Below the pieces are notes generated by a model. The model saw only the letters and a list, made by a program, of their open reading frames with translations. It searched no databases and had not been told where the DNA came from. The translations under genes and the position numbers were made by a program. A stretch of DNA of 63,967 nt, the filler included, from Pelomyxa schiedti (taxonomy: Eukaryota > Protista > Evosea), in the NCBI GenBank assembly GCA_020536535.1. It is 11 parts of 11 records of this genome, joined end to end, with 100 filler letters (N's around TTAATTAATTAA, not from the genome) between each part and the next. Parts side by side here need not be neighbours in the genome. Positions count along the whole stretch, not along the records: positions 5,652 to 21,304 come from JAHLWZ010001153.1; positions 21,405 to 24,100 come from JAHLWZ010001922.1; 9 more parts are not named here. The stretch is one strand, 5' to 3'. Shown piece by piece: positions 11,058 to 22,954 of the stretch; positions within the stretch are counted from its first letter, which is position 1, and every line of letters begins with the position of its first letter.

Positions 11058-11910
11058 ATGACTGCCACTGAAGTACCACGACCGAAATTGGACGAAGAGA
11101 CGTTCAATAAAGTAGTAAAACTGCTTCGACGACCCACAATTACAATGTGTTAAGAGCGTCTTCAACCCTGTTTAAGCCTGTTTGCTTTTCGTCGAGCTTT
11201 CAATCGTAGTGTAGGTTTGTGACTTTGTGGAATGTGAAACGGACGAAGAATGTAGAGACTTTTTACAAAAGAACCCATATTTAATACAACAACCTGTTGT
11301 GCAAGCCTTGTTTGAAAGAGGTTGTTCCCAGCTCCATCCCTACAAAACGAAACAATTGGTCAAAGATATGAATGTATTTGATATTTGATCCGTAAGTCAC
11401 TAACACAAAATTTCCTTCCCTCCTTATTTGTATCTTCTCAAATTGGACCTTTCAATGCAATAGCGTTTGTAACGTTTCCGACTCACCCTCGTGAATTTCC
11501 AAGGAGATTTTTGAGGAACGGTCAAATGCTCAAATGGATGTTAGATCTTCAAGCTGCTACGGGAGGCCAACAAGACATCACTCTCTTCTTTCACAGGTTC
11601 GTGAAAAACCAATAAAAATATTCTGGTCTAATGTAATCCCGTTTGTTGCGGCAGGCTCATGAGTCCCGATCCTTCTTTCAGGACTTGGTTCGAGTCACAA
11701 GTAGATGACTTAATGGCCGGTATCTCAATCTCGATTCGCACCCTTGTTCCATTCACCATTTCACACCAAAACAGCACTAGAAAGAAAGCACAAGACTCCC
11801 AAACAAACAACCCAGTGTGCAACTCATCGTTCCTAGAATCTTGCCTAGCCTGTGGTGTGGTCCCACACCGTACCTCCAAAAGATCCAAAAAACATTTCTC
11901 CGAAATCTGA
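11058..11910 (+). CDS. Cdc37 middle (Hsp90-binding)-domain-like protein, multi-exon (3' end approximate)
   Basis: ECRDFLQKNPYLIQQPVVQALF...GQMLKWMLDLQAATGGQQDITLFFHR.LMSPDPSFRTWFESQVDDL aligns by eye to the Cdc37 M domain (SQKYLSDNVHLV...QFILELAK...FRQFFTKI). Confidence 0.5.
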
Positions 11911-12033
11911 TCAGACCACCCAACAACCCCGATCGAGGTTCGTCAAAGTCAAACAAACGCACAGGGAAACACCGGAATTCGCACCGGTAGCCAAACACAA
12001 AACACCGAAACACAAACAACCAAACAAACAACG

Positions 12034-12713
12034 GTGACATCGCCATCTCCCATAATGATGCTGGGTTCGGTGGGCTTGGGGCGATTATGCGCGGCGGACG
12101 GGAGCGGCTTCGGGTGGTGCGCGTGGTGGTGGGTGTGCTGCGTGGCAGGAAGCGCATTATGGGCCACCATAGCCACGATTGGCAAGCCCGCGGTAGTTCT
12201 CGCCGTGACTGCCTTTCACGTGGTTCTACACGTTCTTCTGTTGTGGCTCCGAATGCCCTTCTGGCAATGTACTTTTCACTTAAATTTCATTTTTTTAAAA
12301 AAAAAAAATTAAGTTGCCGTGTATAATAATAGGAGGAACACAAGCTCCGCATCCTAGTACAAATAAAAACAAAACCCTCGGAATAACAAACAACAAGAAA
12401 TCGGATTGGGATTTGGGGATGTCTTCTACCTATTTAGATTGTGTTTTTTGTCTTTTCTTTTCCCCCTCTGCTTGTCGTGATTTTCGTTTTTCCTCCAATA
12501 GATGTGGAACATTGGTACTTGACAACCCTGAGTGCATTTACATTCACTTGGTTACTAAGCGTCTTCTGGACAAGGCAGCCCCTATCTAAAAGAACTCTGT
12601 TCATTGCGAACAAGGACACCAACGTGCACGCCTCTGCTATAACCACCAGCCTCATTTATGCCATAGTTGGTGCTCTTGTATACACATTTGCCTGGCTGTT
12701 TGGATGGTGGTGA
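12034..12713 (+). CDS. Small multi-pass membrane protein with weak PIG-F/Gpi11 resemblance
   Basis: Hydrophobic exons FHVVLHVLLLWLRMPFW, LPCIIIGG, YLTTLSAFTFTWL and SLIYAIVGALVY. The PIG-F PLDW motif is absent. Confidence 0.35.
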
Positions 12714-12907
12714 TTGCACAACCCACTCACAAAATCCCCAACAACACACCCCCTTTGACCTTGATTTGGTTCATTGACCAAAGTACAAACCTACACCTAC
12801 ACTTATGCTGATTTCAACAAACCAAGCAAACCCCCAAACCACACCAAGTTTCTTAATTTCTTCTTGTTCCTAGTAGATAACAGATCCGTGTGTAAATAGA
12901 CTCCGTC

Positions 12908-14227
12908 ATGATGCAACAGCAGCCCGGAGTTGGTGGCGTGGTTGGTGTTGTGCCTGCGCAGTACCAACAAATGCCCGTGTCTCACCACATCCAAATGCAG
13001 CCAGGCCCAGGCGTCGGCGGAGGGGGCGTGCCTCCCTCCATTATGGGAGCGGCGCAACCACCCCCGCCCCAACCCGTTATGGCCCTCCAACAACAACAAA
13101 TGCAAGCCCAACAACAGCAACAACAACAGCAGATGCAACAAATGCTGGCACAACAACAACAGATGGCACAAATGCAGACACAACAACAACAGCAGCAACA
13201 GCAACAGTCAGCAGGGTATCCTGGTGTGGTTATGGGACAACAACAACAACAACAAATGCAACAGGCACCGCAGTCACAGCCACAGCAGGTCACTTATGTG
13301 GCTCAGATGCAGCAGCAACAGCCTGCCTCGATGCAACAGGTTATCCAACAGGGGAATTCCGCTGCCCAGGCACAACAACAACAAATGCAGCAGCTGCAAC
13401 AGCAGCAGCAAGGGCAACAGCAAACACAGCCGCAGACACAGCAACAACAATATGTCAATGTGGGTGGGCAGGCACAACAGCTAAAGCAGGACACCCAAAT
13501 GAAACAAGAAATGGTGGGAGGGGCACCTCAAATTAGACAAGAAACAACACCTTGGAACCAGCAGCAACTCCAGCACCATCAACAGCAACAAATGATGCAA
13601 CAACAACAACTTATCCAACAGCAACAGCAACAACAACAGCAACAACAGCAGCAACAAGTAATAGCCCAGCAACAGCAACAGCAACAACAACAGCAGCTGG
13701 TAATGGCGCAGCAGCAACCACTAGATCCACTCTCAGCCAGGACACTGGCAGTAAAGGCATCACTGTTCAACTGTGTGAAGTCCGTATACCTGTGCCTAAG
13801 TGACACCCCCGGCGGCGGCGGCGGCGGCGCGGGCGCGGGGGGCTCCTCGCCGTCGCCGATGGTGGGGGGCGTCGGCTCCCCGACCGCGGCGGCGGCGGCC
13901 ACTTTCCCGCAGTACCACCACCCGGCGTACCCGTCGAACCCGCCGACGCAGGACCTGATGGCCAGCGTCGCTAGGTTCGACCTGGGCTGCGACAACCTGT
14001 ACCAGCTGTTCAACACGCTCAAGATACTGACGCCGCAGAGGGCGCAGAAGCTGGAGGAGACCAGGCTGGGGTTCGAGGCACTGGCCAATGACATGCACTC
14101 GTTTGCTGCGTCCCTGGCTTCCCCTGATGAGCAGCTGCAACAACAACCTGGCTCTGGGGGGCTGTCTGGGGCTGTGTCTTCTGCCTCTGTGGTAGTACCG
14201 CACACTACAGCAGACAGAAAGTCCTGA
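12908..14227 (+). CDS. Poly-glutamine protein with a short helical C-terminal domain (possible Mediator tail subunit, Med29-like)
   Basis: Single 439-aa ORF with CAA/CAG runs. C-terminus LDPLSARTLAVKASLFNCVK...ARFDLGCDNLYQLFNTL. Confidence 0.7.
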   Translation: MMQQQPGVGGVVGVVPAQYQQMPVSHHIQMQPGPGVGGGGVPPSIMGAAQPPPPQPVMALQQQQMQAQQQQQQQQMQQMLAQQQQMAQMQTQQQQQQQQQSAGYPGVVMGQQQQQQMQQAPQSQPQQVTYVAQMQQQQPASMQQVIQQGNSAAQAQQQQMQQLQQQQQGQQQTQPQTQQQQYVNVGGQAQQLKQDTQMKQEMVGGAPQIRQETTPWNQQQLQHHQQQQMMQQQQLIQQQQQQQQQQQQQQVIAQQQQQQQQQQLVMAQQQPLDPLSARTLAVKASLFNCVKSVYLCLSDTPGGGGGGAGAGGSSPSPMVGGVGSPTAAAAATFPQYHHPAYPSNPPTQDLMASVARFDLGCDNLYQLFNTLKILTPQRAQKLEETRLGFEALANDMHSFAASLASPDEQLQQQPGSGGLSGAVSSASVVVPHTTADRKS

Positions 14228-14419
14228 GAAAAAAAAACCCTTTGTTTCGGTTATTGTGTCCGGGCGTCGGAGCTCATCTCCGCAACATCTCCTCAGTTCT
14301 TAGGTGAAGTCATCAGAGCTCACTGTAGTTCCGTGGCCATCGGGCAAAAAACAGAGGAGCCTTTGGCAGCGGAAGTGGACTTCCTGTGGGGCGTTATGGG
14401 ATGACTTTTTTTAAAAAAT

Positions 14420-17058
14420 ATGCAGTTTGGAGGCAGGCTTGGAGCTGGTGGTGGCGTGCGGTGGAGGCAACACAATCTCAGGTACTTCAAGATCAAGAGA
14501 GTACTCTCTCGTATCAAGGCAGCTTACTCGTCGTCGGGCGTCTCGATGGCATCGTCGGCGGGCATGAGGCTCTCGTCCGCGTGCCGTCCCATAATGGACA
14601 CCACCCCGTTGGACGTTGTCGAGGAAGAGGAGTGGGGGAGGAGGCCTTCCCACAATCGTGGGACGCGAGGGAGTGAAGTCGACCAAATTGGGGGCAACAA
14701 GGACGCGTTCTGGAGGTTGGTGCGCGAGGATGTGAGGACTGTGAATACTTTCTTTGAGGGAATGTGTGCTGATGCCGCTGCCAAGGTTGGTGTTCGCTGT
14801 TGTGTACAACATCATTAATTATGGGTGTACTATTCCAAAACCACCAGGTTATGCACCAAAGGAAACTTCAGGATAACACTCAAATGATTGAGGCATATGA
14901 AGAGCTGTTGCACTTGAAAGATTACGTTTCATTGAATGTTGAGGGATTTAGGAAAGTTCTCAAGAAGGTATTTTTTTTTTTTTTGATTCTTTGTCTTTCT
15001 AAGCAACAATGATCATCAGTATGACCACATAACTGGAGAAACCTGGGGCGCACAATTCATTGAGTCTCTGAAGAAACAGCCTTTTTATTCTTGTCAGCAC
15101 GTAAATACTCTGATTTCTGAACTGGAGGCCCTGAGATCACCGGAATTCTTTGCCGTTGTGAAGATCGAACCCACCAGTCAAACTAAAGTTGACAAGCTGT
15201 TCCAATCAAGTCATTTCATATAATATGTTTCAGGTGCATTTGGTCACGCCGTGGATAAGACTCCTACTTCTGGCTCTCTCATGCGGCCTTGGAATACTGG
15301 CGTTCTTCACCCCTTTCGAAAATGTAACTTCAGTCTCCGTCTACCAAGCACGGATATGTTTTTCCATGTTCATTTTCGTGTCTTCTCTGTGGGTGTGTTA
15401 TATATGCATGACATTCTGCAAGCTAATAAGTGCTTTTTTTATTTCAGGTCACACATGCATGCCCACTGTTTGTTGCAGGACTTCTTGTCCCTGTTCTCGT
15501 TGTTGTACTTGGACTCAAGTTTGACCCGCATGTTCCCCAAAATCATCCCGACGCAGGCAGTCACTCCTTCTTGTACTTGTACAGCTTGGTGAGGGAAAGT
15601 CCTACCGGCAGTGATGACCAAGTTTCCATGCTTGCCAGGGAGGTGCTGGGTTCGTTGTTCAACAACGTCAGCATGCTGTTGCTCAGCAGTTATGCCCTTT
15701 CTGCTTGTTTGAGGTGCACCCGCTCTGCAATTTCTTGACCACCTCCTTTTTGATAGTTGTAATACTCAATGTACATTGACAGCCGGTGCCAAATTGAACG
15801 GGACATATGTTACAAACTGCATCAGCGACTGGAAAATCACCCAAGACTTTTCCTCCTCGGTGTTATGATAGTCTCTACTTTCATATCGTTTTGGACGAAC
15901 AATGTACACCTGATTGACTCTGATTGGAGAAGTGGGAATTTCAATTTTCTTTTGCTTAATCAAGTTTCACTGATGTGAGCCCTGCAGGTCACAGGGTCAA
16001 CTTTAATGGTGGCCACTCTAATGCCACTACTGCGGGAGCTTCCAACAACATCCACCTACGCTCGCGGTCTCCTTTTGGGGGTTTCATTTGGTTGCAATCT
16101 GGGTGGAATGATCACACCTGTTTCTTCACCACAAAATGTAATTGCCGTCATGGCTCTTCAACTGCAGCAAGGCCAACACCGCGAGTTGCTTCAATTTGGC
16201 AGCTGGGTGCTTGTTGCCACGCCATGTGCCTTCGTTCTCTGCGGTGTATGTTGGATTTCACTGGTTCTGGCATTCCCTCCAGATGTGAACCGGTTGCCTG
16301 CCTTCATAACCACGGCGAAGACCTCTCAAGGAAAATTTCAGAGCAAGACCACTCTTGCTCTTTGCGCTACACTGGCTGCGGTTACCGTGACTATTTGGCT
16401 CTGTGACTCACTTGTAAATCCCTTTCTAGGTGGTTCCGCTATTGCTGGCTTGGCTTTCACTGCACTTGTTTTTGGAGTCGGCGTTCTGACTCAAGCTGAT
16501 TTAAATTCCTTCTCCTGGCATATAATACTTCTTATTGGCTCAGCAAATGTGCTGTACTGTGCTCTGGCTTCAAATGGAATTCTATCCTCTGCAGATGAAT
16601 TCCTCAGCGGGATACTAACAACCAGCCGCTTTGGGACTGTCTCTCTAGTTACGTTGCTATCCCTGCTTATGACCCTATTCAGCGCAATTGCATCACACAC
16701 GTCCGCGGCACTTGTCCTCATGCCCTTTGTTGCTGCTGTTGAATTGAAGCAATGCCGGCGGTGCACACAATCTCACGCGGCGGAATCACTGGAATCATTG
16801 ATAGCGCTACCGGCAACAGCACCAACTTCACCACCCCTGATGTGGGGATGCACACGGGCTGTGTTCGTGGCTGCAATGGCAAACAGCTGCGCGATGTCAT
16901 TCCCGTGGGTTTCATTCCCAAACATGAGCTCATACACGGTGGTGGATGACATTGGGAGGAAATACTTGCGCACTAAGGACTTCATCTTTGTTGGTGGGGT
17001 TGTTTCTTGTCTTGCCAGTATGTTTGTTGCCCTGTACTGCTACTTGGTGTTGCTGTAG
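14420..17058 (+). CDS. SPX-domain SLC13/CitMHS-type phosphate transporter (Pho87/90/91-like)
   Basis: SPX: MQFGGRL..W...LRYFKIKR and LKDYVSLNVEGFRKVLKK|YDH. Transporter: GVSFGCNLGGMITPVSSPQNVIA, SHTSAALVLMP, SCAMSFPWVSFPN. Confidence 0.92.
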
Positions 17059-17281
17059 ACCAGAAAAAGTGATACAATCTCGCTAAAAAAAACTATTTTT
17101 GGCGCACACTGTTGCGGGAAATCCCCAGGGGTATTCCTTGGCGGTTTCATCACCAAGATGTGGTGCACACTCACCCAAGATTATGGGAAGTTACCTTGGT
17201 TGCTCACCACTTCAAAATAAAACAAAATTGGAAAACAGGTTTGATCAGCATTTTTTGAAAATTGTGGTAACACAAGTCGTA

Positions 17282-18582
17282 TCAGTGTCCAAGGAGGTCC
17301 TTGATGTGAGCAATGGAAAGTGCAGGATTGAGTTTTTTGGGGCACGCTGGTGTACAGTTCAGGACTGTGTGGCATTTGAAGACTGTTTGTATGATATGTG
17401 TGTAAGTGGTGACAGTTGTTTTGAAAGAAAAGAGCCACCTTTGAAGTTATCTGTGTCCAATTCTGCAAGTCGTTGTTTCCTTTTGCTGTCTCTTGAGTCT
17501 GATATCCACCGGTAAGCCTCAAGACATTTGGGTCAGTATTCCATGCATGTGTGGTGTGGTACTACCTGTTGAAGAACACTTGGGCCAAGGTAACGTTTGT
17601 CACCACCCTCAGACCACCAAAAGCTTGGGCATGATGTGGAGCAGCACGCACACAGTATGCACTCGTACAGACTGTCGAGGCGCTTGCGCTGCTCTGGACT
17701 CTGTGGAATCTATTGTGTATTGCACAAATGATGATGAGTGCGACATTTGCGACATTTTTCATGAGGAAAAAGGAACTAAAGGTAACAGAAGGTTACCTCT
17801 GTTTTCAAAGCTTGTTGCTCAGGTGTAAGCTCCAGCCACGGCTTGATAGATTTCAAGTGTTTGTAGAATCCGGACATGTCCGTCACCAAATCCTGCGTTG
17901 ATTACCGTGAAAAGAGAAAAATATATTTGAGGTGGTTGTGGGATCACACTCACCCTTATGACAGGCATGTGTGGCAGTGGTTTGATATTCACAACACCGT
18001 TCTTTGTGCAGTCAGAAAGTTTTGTGATGCAGGCCAGTCCATTCGTCCCGCTGTCACATTAGTTATTAGATTCAACATACAAAATGTAACCAAACAAATA
18101 AAACAGGGGGAAAAAAAAAAAAACACCCTAACAATCAAACAAAAAACAAAAGGGGAAACACCAACAATAACACCCCTGACACCCAACCAAAATGATAACA
18201 ACAGCAACAAACAACTACGATAAACCCAAGATATGAACTTGATGTTCACCGCACATGATCCACAAATCCCCTCGCGGCAGCTTCGGCGAAACGACAGCGT
18301 GGGGTCGACCGTCTTCTTCACGTGCATCAGCGCGTCCAACAACATCGGCCCCCCGCACTCGTCTGGGTCCACTACGTAGTTGGACGCGGTGGCGCGCACG
18401 CGGTTATGGGAGGAGGTGGTGGTGGTGGTGGAGGTGTCCGGCTGCGGTTGCTGTTGTTGGTGGGATCTGAAAACCCTGAGAGTCACTGGCAGTGTCTGTT
18501 CGCGACACGAAACGTGCATGAACCGCCACACAGACGACGTAATCAACCGGTTGGTGTCGATGTGCCCCACGGTGCCCAGCAT
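17282..18582 (-). CDS. SDHB: Succinate dehydrogenase/fumarate reductase iron-sulfur subunit
   Basis: [19 protein letters not shown]|..[15 protein letters not shown]|[41 protein letters not shown]. All three Fe-S motifs are present across introns. Confidence 0.97.
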
Positions 18583-18724
18583 CTTTTTTTTTTTCCTTGT
18601 TCTCCGAAATCACCCGACATACTTGAACGTCGCAGTGACGAGGCCTCGCCAAAAAAGCTAAAAAAAGCCAACACAAAGTGTATGGACAACTAGCAGTTAT
18701 TTGGCTTCTCAAAAAAAAAAAAGC

Positions 18725-20329
18725 CTAAGAATTGAATGTTGTGAATGCCTGCCAAGATTTGCTCCAGAATGCCTTGAGAATTGTGACCTGTTCATTGCTT
18801 TCTGGGGGCAGGAACAGAGATGCATGTTTTGCCGTGACAAGAATGGGCTGACTGTGGGATGTTGTCCTCCTCAAACGATTTATCTGAATGACATCTCCCT
18901 TCCTCAGGAGGTTGGTGATAGACTCAGTGGCCAGCCAGTCCCTCAACTCTATGCCTAGAACCATGCCCGAATTGTCAGCCAGATAAAGCATCCTGGGTAA
19001 AAAAAAGTTAAGCACAGCCTAGAAGGCAGGACAGCAAAAAGAATAACCTTTTTGTCTCTTCCATCCGACGTCCCCTATTGTCGGTATACTTCAGACGCTC
19101 CACAGGTGTCAAACAAACCACAATGCCCATAATGCCTGCAAGCCGATTCCCCAAGTGAGTGTTGTTGTTATAATTTTGGACTCATACGGTGTAGGGTGCC
19201 TTCAGCTAGATTGTGCAGTGGACCTATACGACTCACTGGCCAGGGTTTAAGTATTCCATTGTAAAGCCTAGAAATTTGGCTAGCCGGGGTCAACTTAATG
19301 TCCGCTGGGGCCTGAGGTGTTCGCTCCCGCTCTGCGCAAGGAGCAAGAGAGAAACAGGAAATCAGAAACACCTATGGTAGGGGTAGAATAGGCTGAGGCT
19401 GCGTTGGTGCATACATCTCCTGGCCAGAACTCATTCATCATCGGAACAGTATCCTCAAACCCGACAATCCTGACTGTAGTGCCCTGCGTCAGTGTTACTC
19501 CGAACATGTGAAGTAGGGAAACTGTACCTCACAATCTACAGCCAGTGTAGAGCACATTCCCCCTGCTCTTCCTTTTCTTGTTGTGAAGCTTTGATATCTA
19601 TTCATCTCCGTTATTTGAAGTTGCACATGCTGCTCTCTGGTGTTAGTGCCACTATTCAAAGATCTGACGGCTAGCTGAAGAGTGCCTAGTTCCATTTTAC
19701 TGCTTTTACTGGGAGGAAAACCGGCCGCCACAAAGTGGACCCTTTTCACCAGGAGAATGGAATTCCTTTTTATTGTAAGAGAAGTAAAAGAAAAAAAAAA
19801 AAGAAAAAGAAAGCGAAATAGCACACCCATTATTGAGATGGGACATGATCCCCTCTTTGCACCGGGAGAGCTTAAACCAATACCCTCGCTGAAGCATGAC
19901 TTCACTACGCACATAGCAGAATCGAGTCTCCTCCTCATTACAGAAGACACAGTTCCACACCCTCGGACTGTCAGTGGGCTCGATGGAGATAAGGGCCATT
20001 GGCTTCGGGATGTGAACACGGCGGAACTGGTAAATAGCACCGTCCGCACCCTTAAGGACAATGGGTGCCGACACAGGCGCCTGCTTGTCCGACACGTCGG
20101 CAAAGCTCTCAAGGTCAATGTCGAAATCGCACTGAAAGTCGCACGAAATGTCGGAGCACAATTCAGGCGGTGCGTCCGATACAAAACCAGGAGGCTGAGG
20201 CGATATTTGTTGCTCAATTGGGGGTGGTGCAGGTTGGGGCACGGGGACCAACAACGGCGTGACAACGTGTGGGTCCGCGTGTGGCTGGGCGACGAGAGAC
20301 AGCGGGTCGGTTGCGTTCCCTGACTTCAT
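18725..20329 (-). CDS. Divergent RPA1 (RPA70)-like OB-fold protein with DBD-F, DBD-A and DBD-B but no visible DBD-C
   Basis: F: PMALISIEP..RVWNC..HLNNGNSILLVKRV. A: QITEMNRYQSFTTRKGRAG..LAVDCE.TTVRIVGFEDTV. B: GIMGIV..TK|RMLYLADNSG..LFLPPESNEQVTILKAFW. Confidence 0.7.
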
Positions 20330-20612
20330 TTCGGTGGCAACGTGACGATACGCAGAGGTGAAAACTTTTCAAAATTGTCTCCGTTTTACTCAGATCTGGT
20401 TTTTCAATTGAAGACGTGAAACCGGTTCCGAACAATTGAAACCTTCTCGCCTTCGCCGAGATTAAACCACACGTAATTTTCAAACTACGCACAATAGCCA
20501 CACCGGCACACGAAAAGCTAGGTACACACCCACTGCCCCACAAACGATTTTTCTCAGTTCGCCACGCTACAGGTACCAAAACCCGCAAAAAGACTTCCGT
20601 TTTTTCGTGTTT

Positions 20613-20898
20613 ACTTTGCCTCATGCACGATTTAATCCAGACTTTCCTTCCCCCGATTGTTGTGGAATCCAGACTTTGCCTCATGCACGATTTTTTGGTG
20701 CTTTCTTTTCCCCCTTCCTGAGACCTTTGCACATGGTATTACAGCTACTCCTCCCTTCCCTTTTGCCATTCGTTTATCACTTACCAACTCTTCTCCCCAA
20801 TAAAATACAGTTTTGGTTTGTTGTACTGTTCTTTTCTTCCCGACTTTGTTGCGCAAATCCAGACTTTGTTGGCCTTATTATTACCAACTCTTCTCCCC
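20613..20898. repeat. Cluster of short interleaved direct repeats
   Basis: ACTTTGCCTCATGCACGATTT at 20613 and 20673; AATCCAGACTTT at 20634, 20666 and 20856; TTACCAACTCTTCTCCCC at 20781 and 20881. Confidence 0.9.
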
Positions 20899-21304
20899 TT
20901 AGACTGACTCTTTTTCACCCTTTGGTGCTCCTATTTGCCTTGGGAGGTATGTTCCCTCCTTCCACTGTGCCCTGCCTTTAAATCCTCTTCAGTTTTACAG
21001 TGGTGAATAACCCGGCTCTGCAGCTTCATATACTTCCTGTCGTCTCATTTTTTTGGCACAATGTGACGTCCCCTCCCAAATAACAACCTCTAAGCTGGAT
21101 CTCCTGATTCAAAAAGTTGATGTACTGACCGACCTTGTGCAACATTTACCCCAAGTCCACAAAATGTCCAGCTGCAACCACCTCAATTTTTATTTTTCAC
21201 ACAAGAAACAGCTCCACGGTCCCGAAGGGGCACGAAAGGCGGAGACGACGCAGGCGTGTGGGTCGCGGTGGTTGCTCCAGTTATGGGTGACTTACTGCCG
21301 CTTT

Positions 21305-21404
21305 NNNNNNNNNNNNNNNNNNNNNNNNNNNNNNNNNNNNNNNNNNNNTTAATTAATTAANNNNNNNNNNNNNNNNNNNNNNNNNNNNNNNNNNNNNNNN
21401 NNNN
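21305..21404. other. Artificial contig spacer
   Basis: 44 N + TTAATTAATTAA + 44 N. Confidence 0.99.
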
Positions 21405-22826
21405 CCTTTGCTCATTAGACATGACTATTGGCTGGTAATTCACTCGGAAGCATGCCAGAGTGGAAACTTGGGTGTTGTGAAGTGGTGCTTCGAAAATATT
21501 CCACTGGGCAGTGAGATCACATGTTTTAAACTGCTCCCCTTGGTTGATGGGGAAACACCAGAGTACATGAAGGTTTGCCAGTTCATCAAGGATCATACTC
21601 CTGATTGCCCTGCTGACTCCAGTCCCTTGGATGAAATTGGCTGCTTGGATGTCCTGAAGTGGGCCACATCAGCGTTTCCTGAACTGGTACTCTCAGAGGA
21701 AAATGTAGAGCACCTGTGTGAAGTGGTCTCAAGGGCACATGAGATGGCCAAGTGGGTGGTTGAAGAGAAGGAAATCCACCCAAATGTGGCTATGTTCCAA
21801 CATGCTTGCAGCAACTGGGAAGGTAACGTTAGTCTTGTTGAATTCCTGGCACCAAAGGTTGAACTTTCTGATGTGATTCTCCTCGACGCTTTCATCACCT
21901 CAGTGGCAAGAAACAACACAGCAATTGCGTCGTGGTTGGATGACACCTTCCACATTGTGGAAAAATCTGGTGCCGTCTCAATTCTCATGAGTGTCTGCAA
22001 GAAAATTAGTTTTAGTGAAAGAGGGGAAGGTGTGGTATGGCTTCTGAATCATCCAAGGATGGTCAGTGTTGATGATACCTTGATTGTGAAAGCAGTGAGG
22101 CACCTTGTGTTCAGAAAAAGATTGTCAGAAACACCACTCATCATCATCCAGGAGTTCCCTTCAATCTTCAAGGACCCAACACGCACTGAGCTTCTCAATG
22201 AGATTCTAAATCTTACTGCCACTCAAGGTGGCAACCTCACACAAGTAAAGAAGGTGATTTCCATTGGTGAATTCACAAAAGACGCCGTTGCACAGAGCCT
22301 TACACACACGTATTTTGGTCGTGTCTCAAGCAAATCAGTGAAGTGGTTGATCACACACTTCCAACTAGAACGTGAGCACATCACACTCGACAACATTGCA
22401 ATACTGAGGAATTTGCTGGGCAATGATCATCCAAGTTGTGCTGAGTGGGTCATCAACAGGTTCCACATCACCTTGGATGAGGTTAATAACTTCCTTCATT
22501 CCTCACCCTAAACCTTCTGTTATTGCTCACCTTTTGTCTCGCAGGTGATTGGATTCGAGTGGCAGGCCTTCCCACTCACAGGATTTTGTCTCTTCACATG
22601 GCAGATGATGCTGAGGATGTTCCCAGGGATCACTGCAGGTCTAATCAAGCAACACTTGATGAACCTTGTGACAACAACACCAGTGATGGCACAGTTCACC
22701 ATGCAGATGTTCCCTGACATCACAACCACTGACATTGAAAACTACTGGTCTCACAGGCCAACATACCAGGTCCCCCTCAGTGTCCGGCTTTGGCTTCATA
22801 GCTGGTTCCCAACGGCACACTTTTAA
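21405..22826 (+). CDS. Expanded-family ankyrin-like helical repeat protein (5' partial)
   Basis: ACQSGNLGVVKWCF, NVSLVEFL, SSKSVKWLITHF, SCAEWVINRFHITLDE. An intron at about 22490-22544 leads to a final exon ending VRLWLHSWFPTAHF*. Confidence 0.75.
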
Positions 22827-22954
22827 CAAGATACCAACAGTACCAGCGATTGCACTTTTTGTTCCGCTCCACCAACCAAAATGACAAGTGAGTACCGCTT
22901 CTTCTTTTTTCGTAGAAACACAATCAAAGCATCACTTCTGCTTCAAAACATCTT

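Noticed and set aside
12803-14205. Long antisense poly-Cys/poly-Leu ORFs
   Set aside because: Shadow frames of the CAA/CAG poly-Q gene. The same applies to shadow ORFs over GC-rich exons (e.g. 2908-3651, 6459-6980, 30717-31331).
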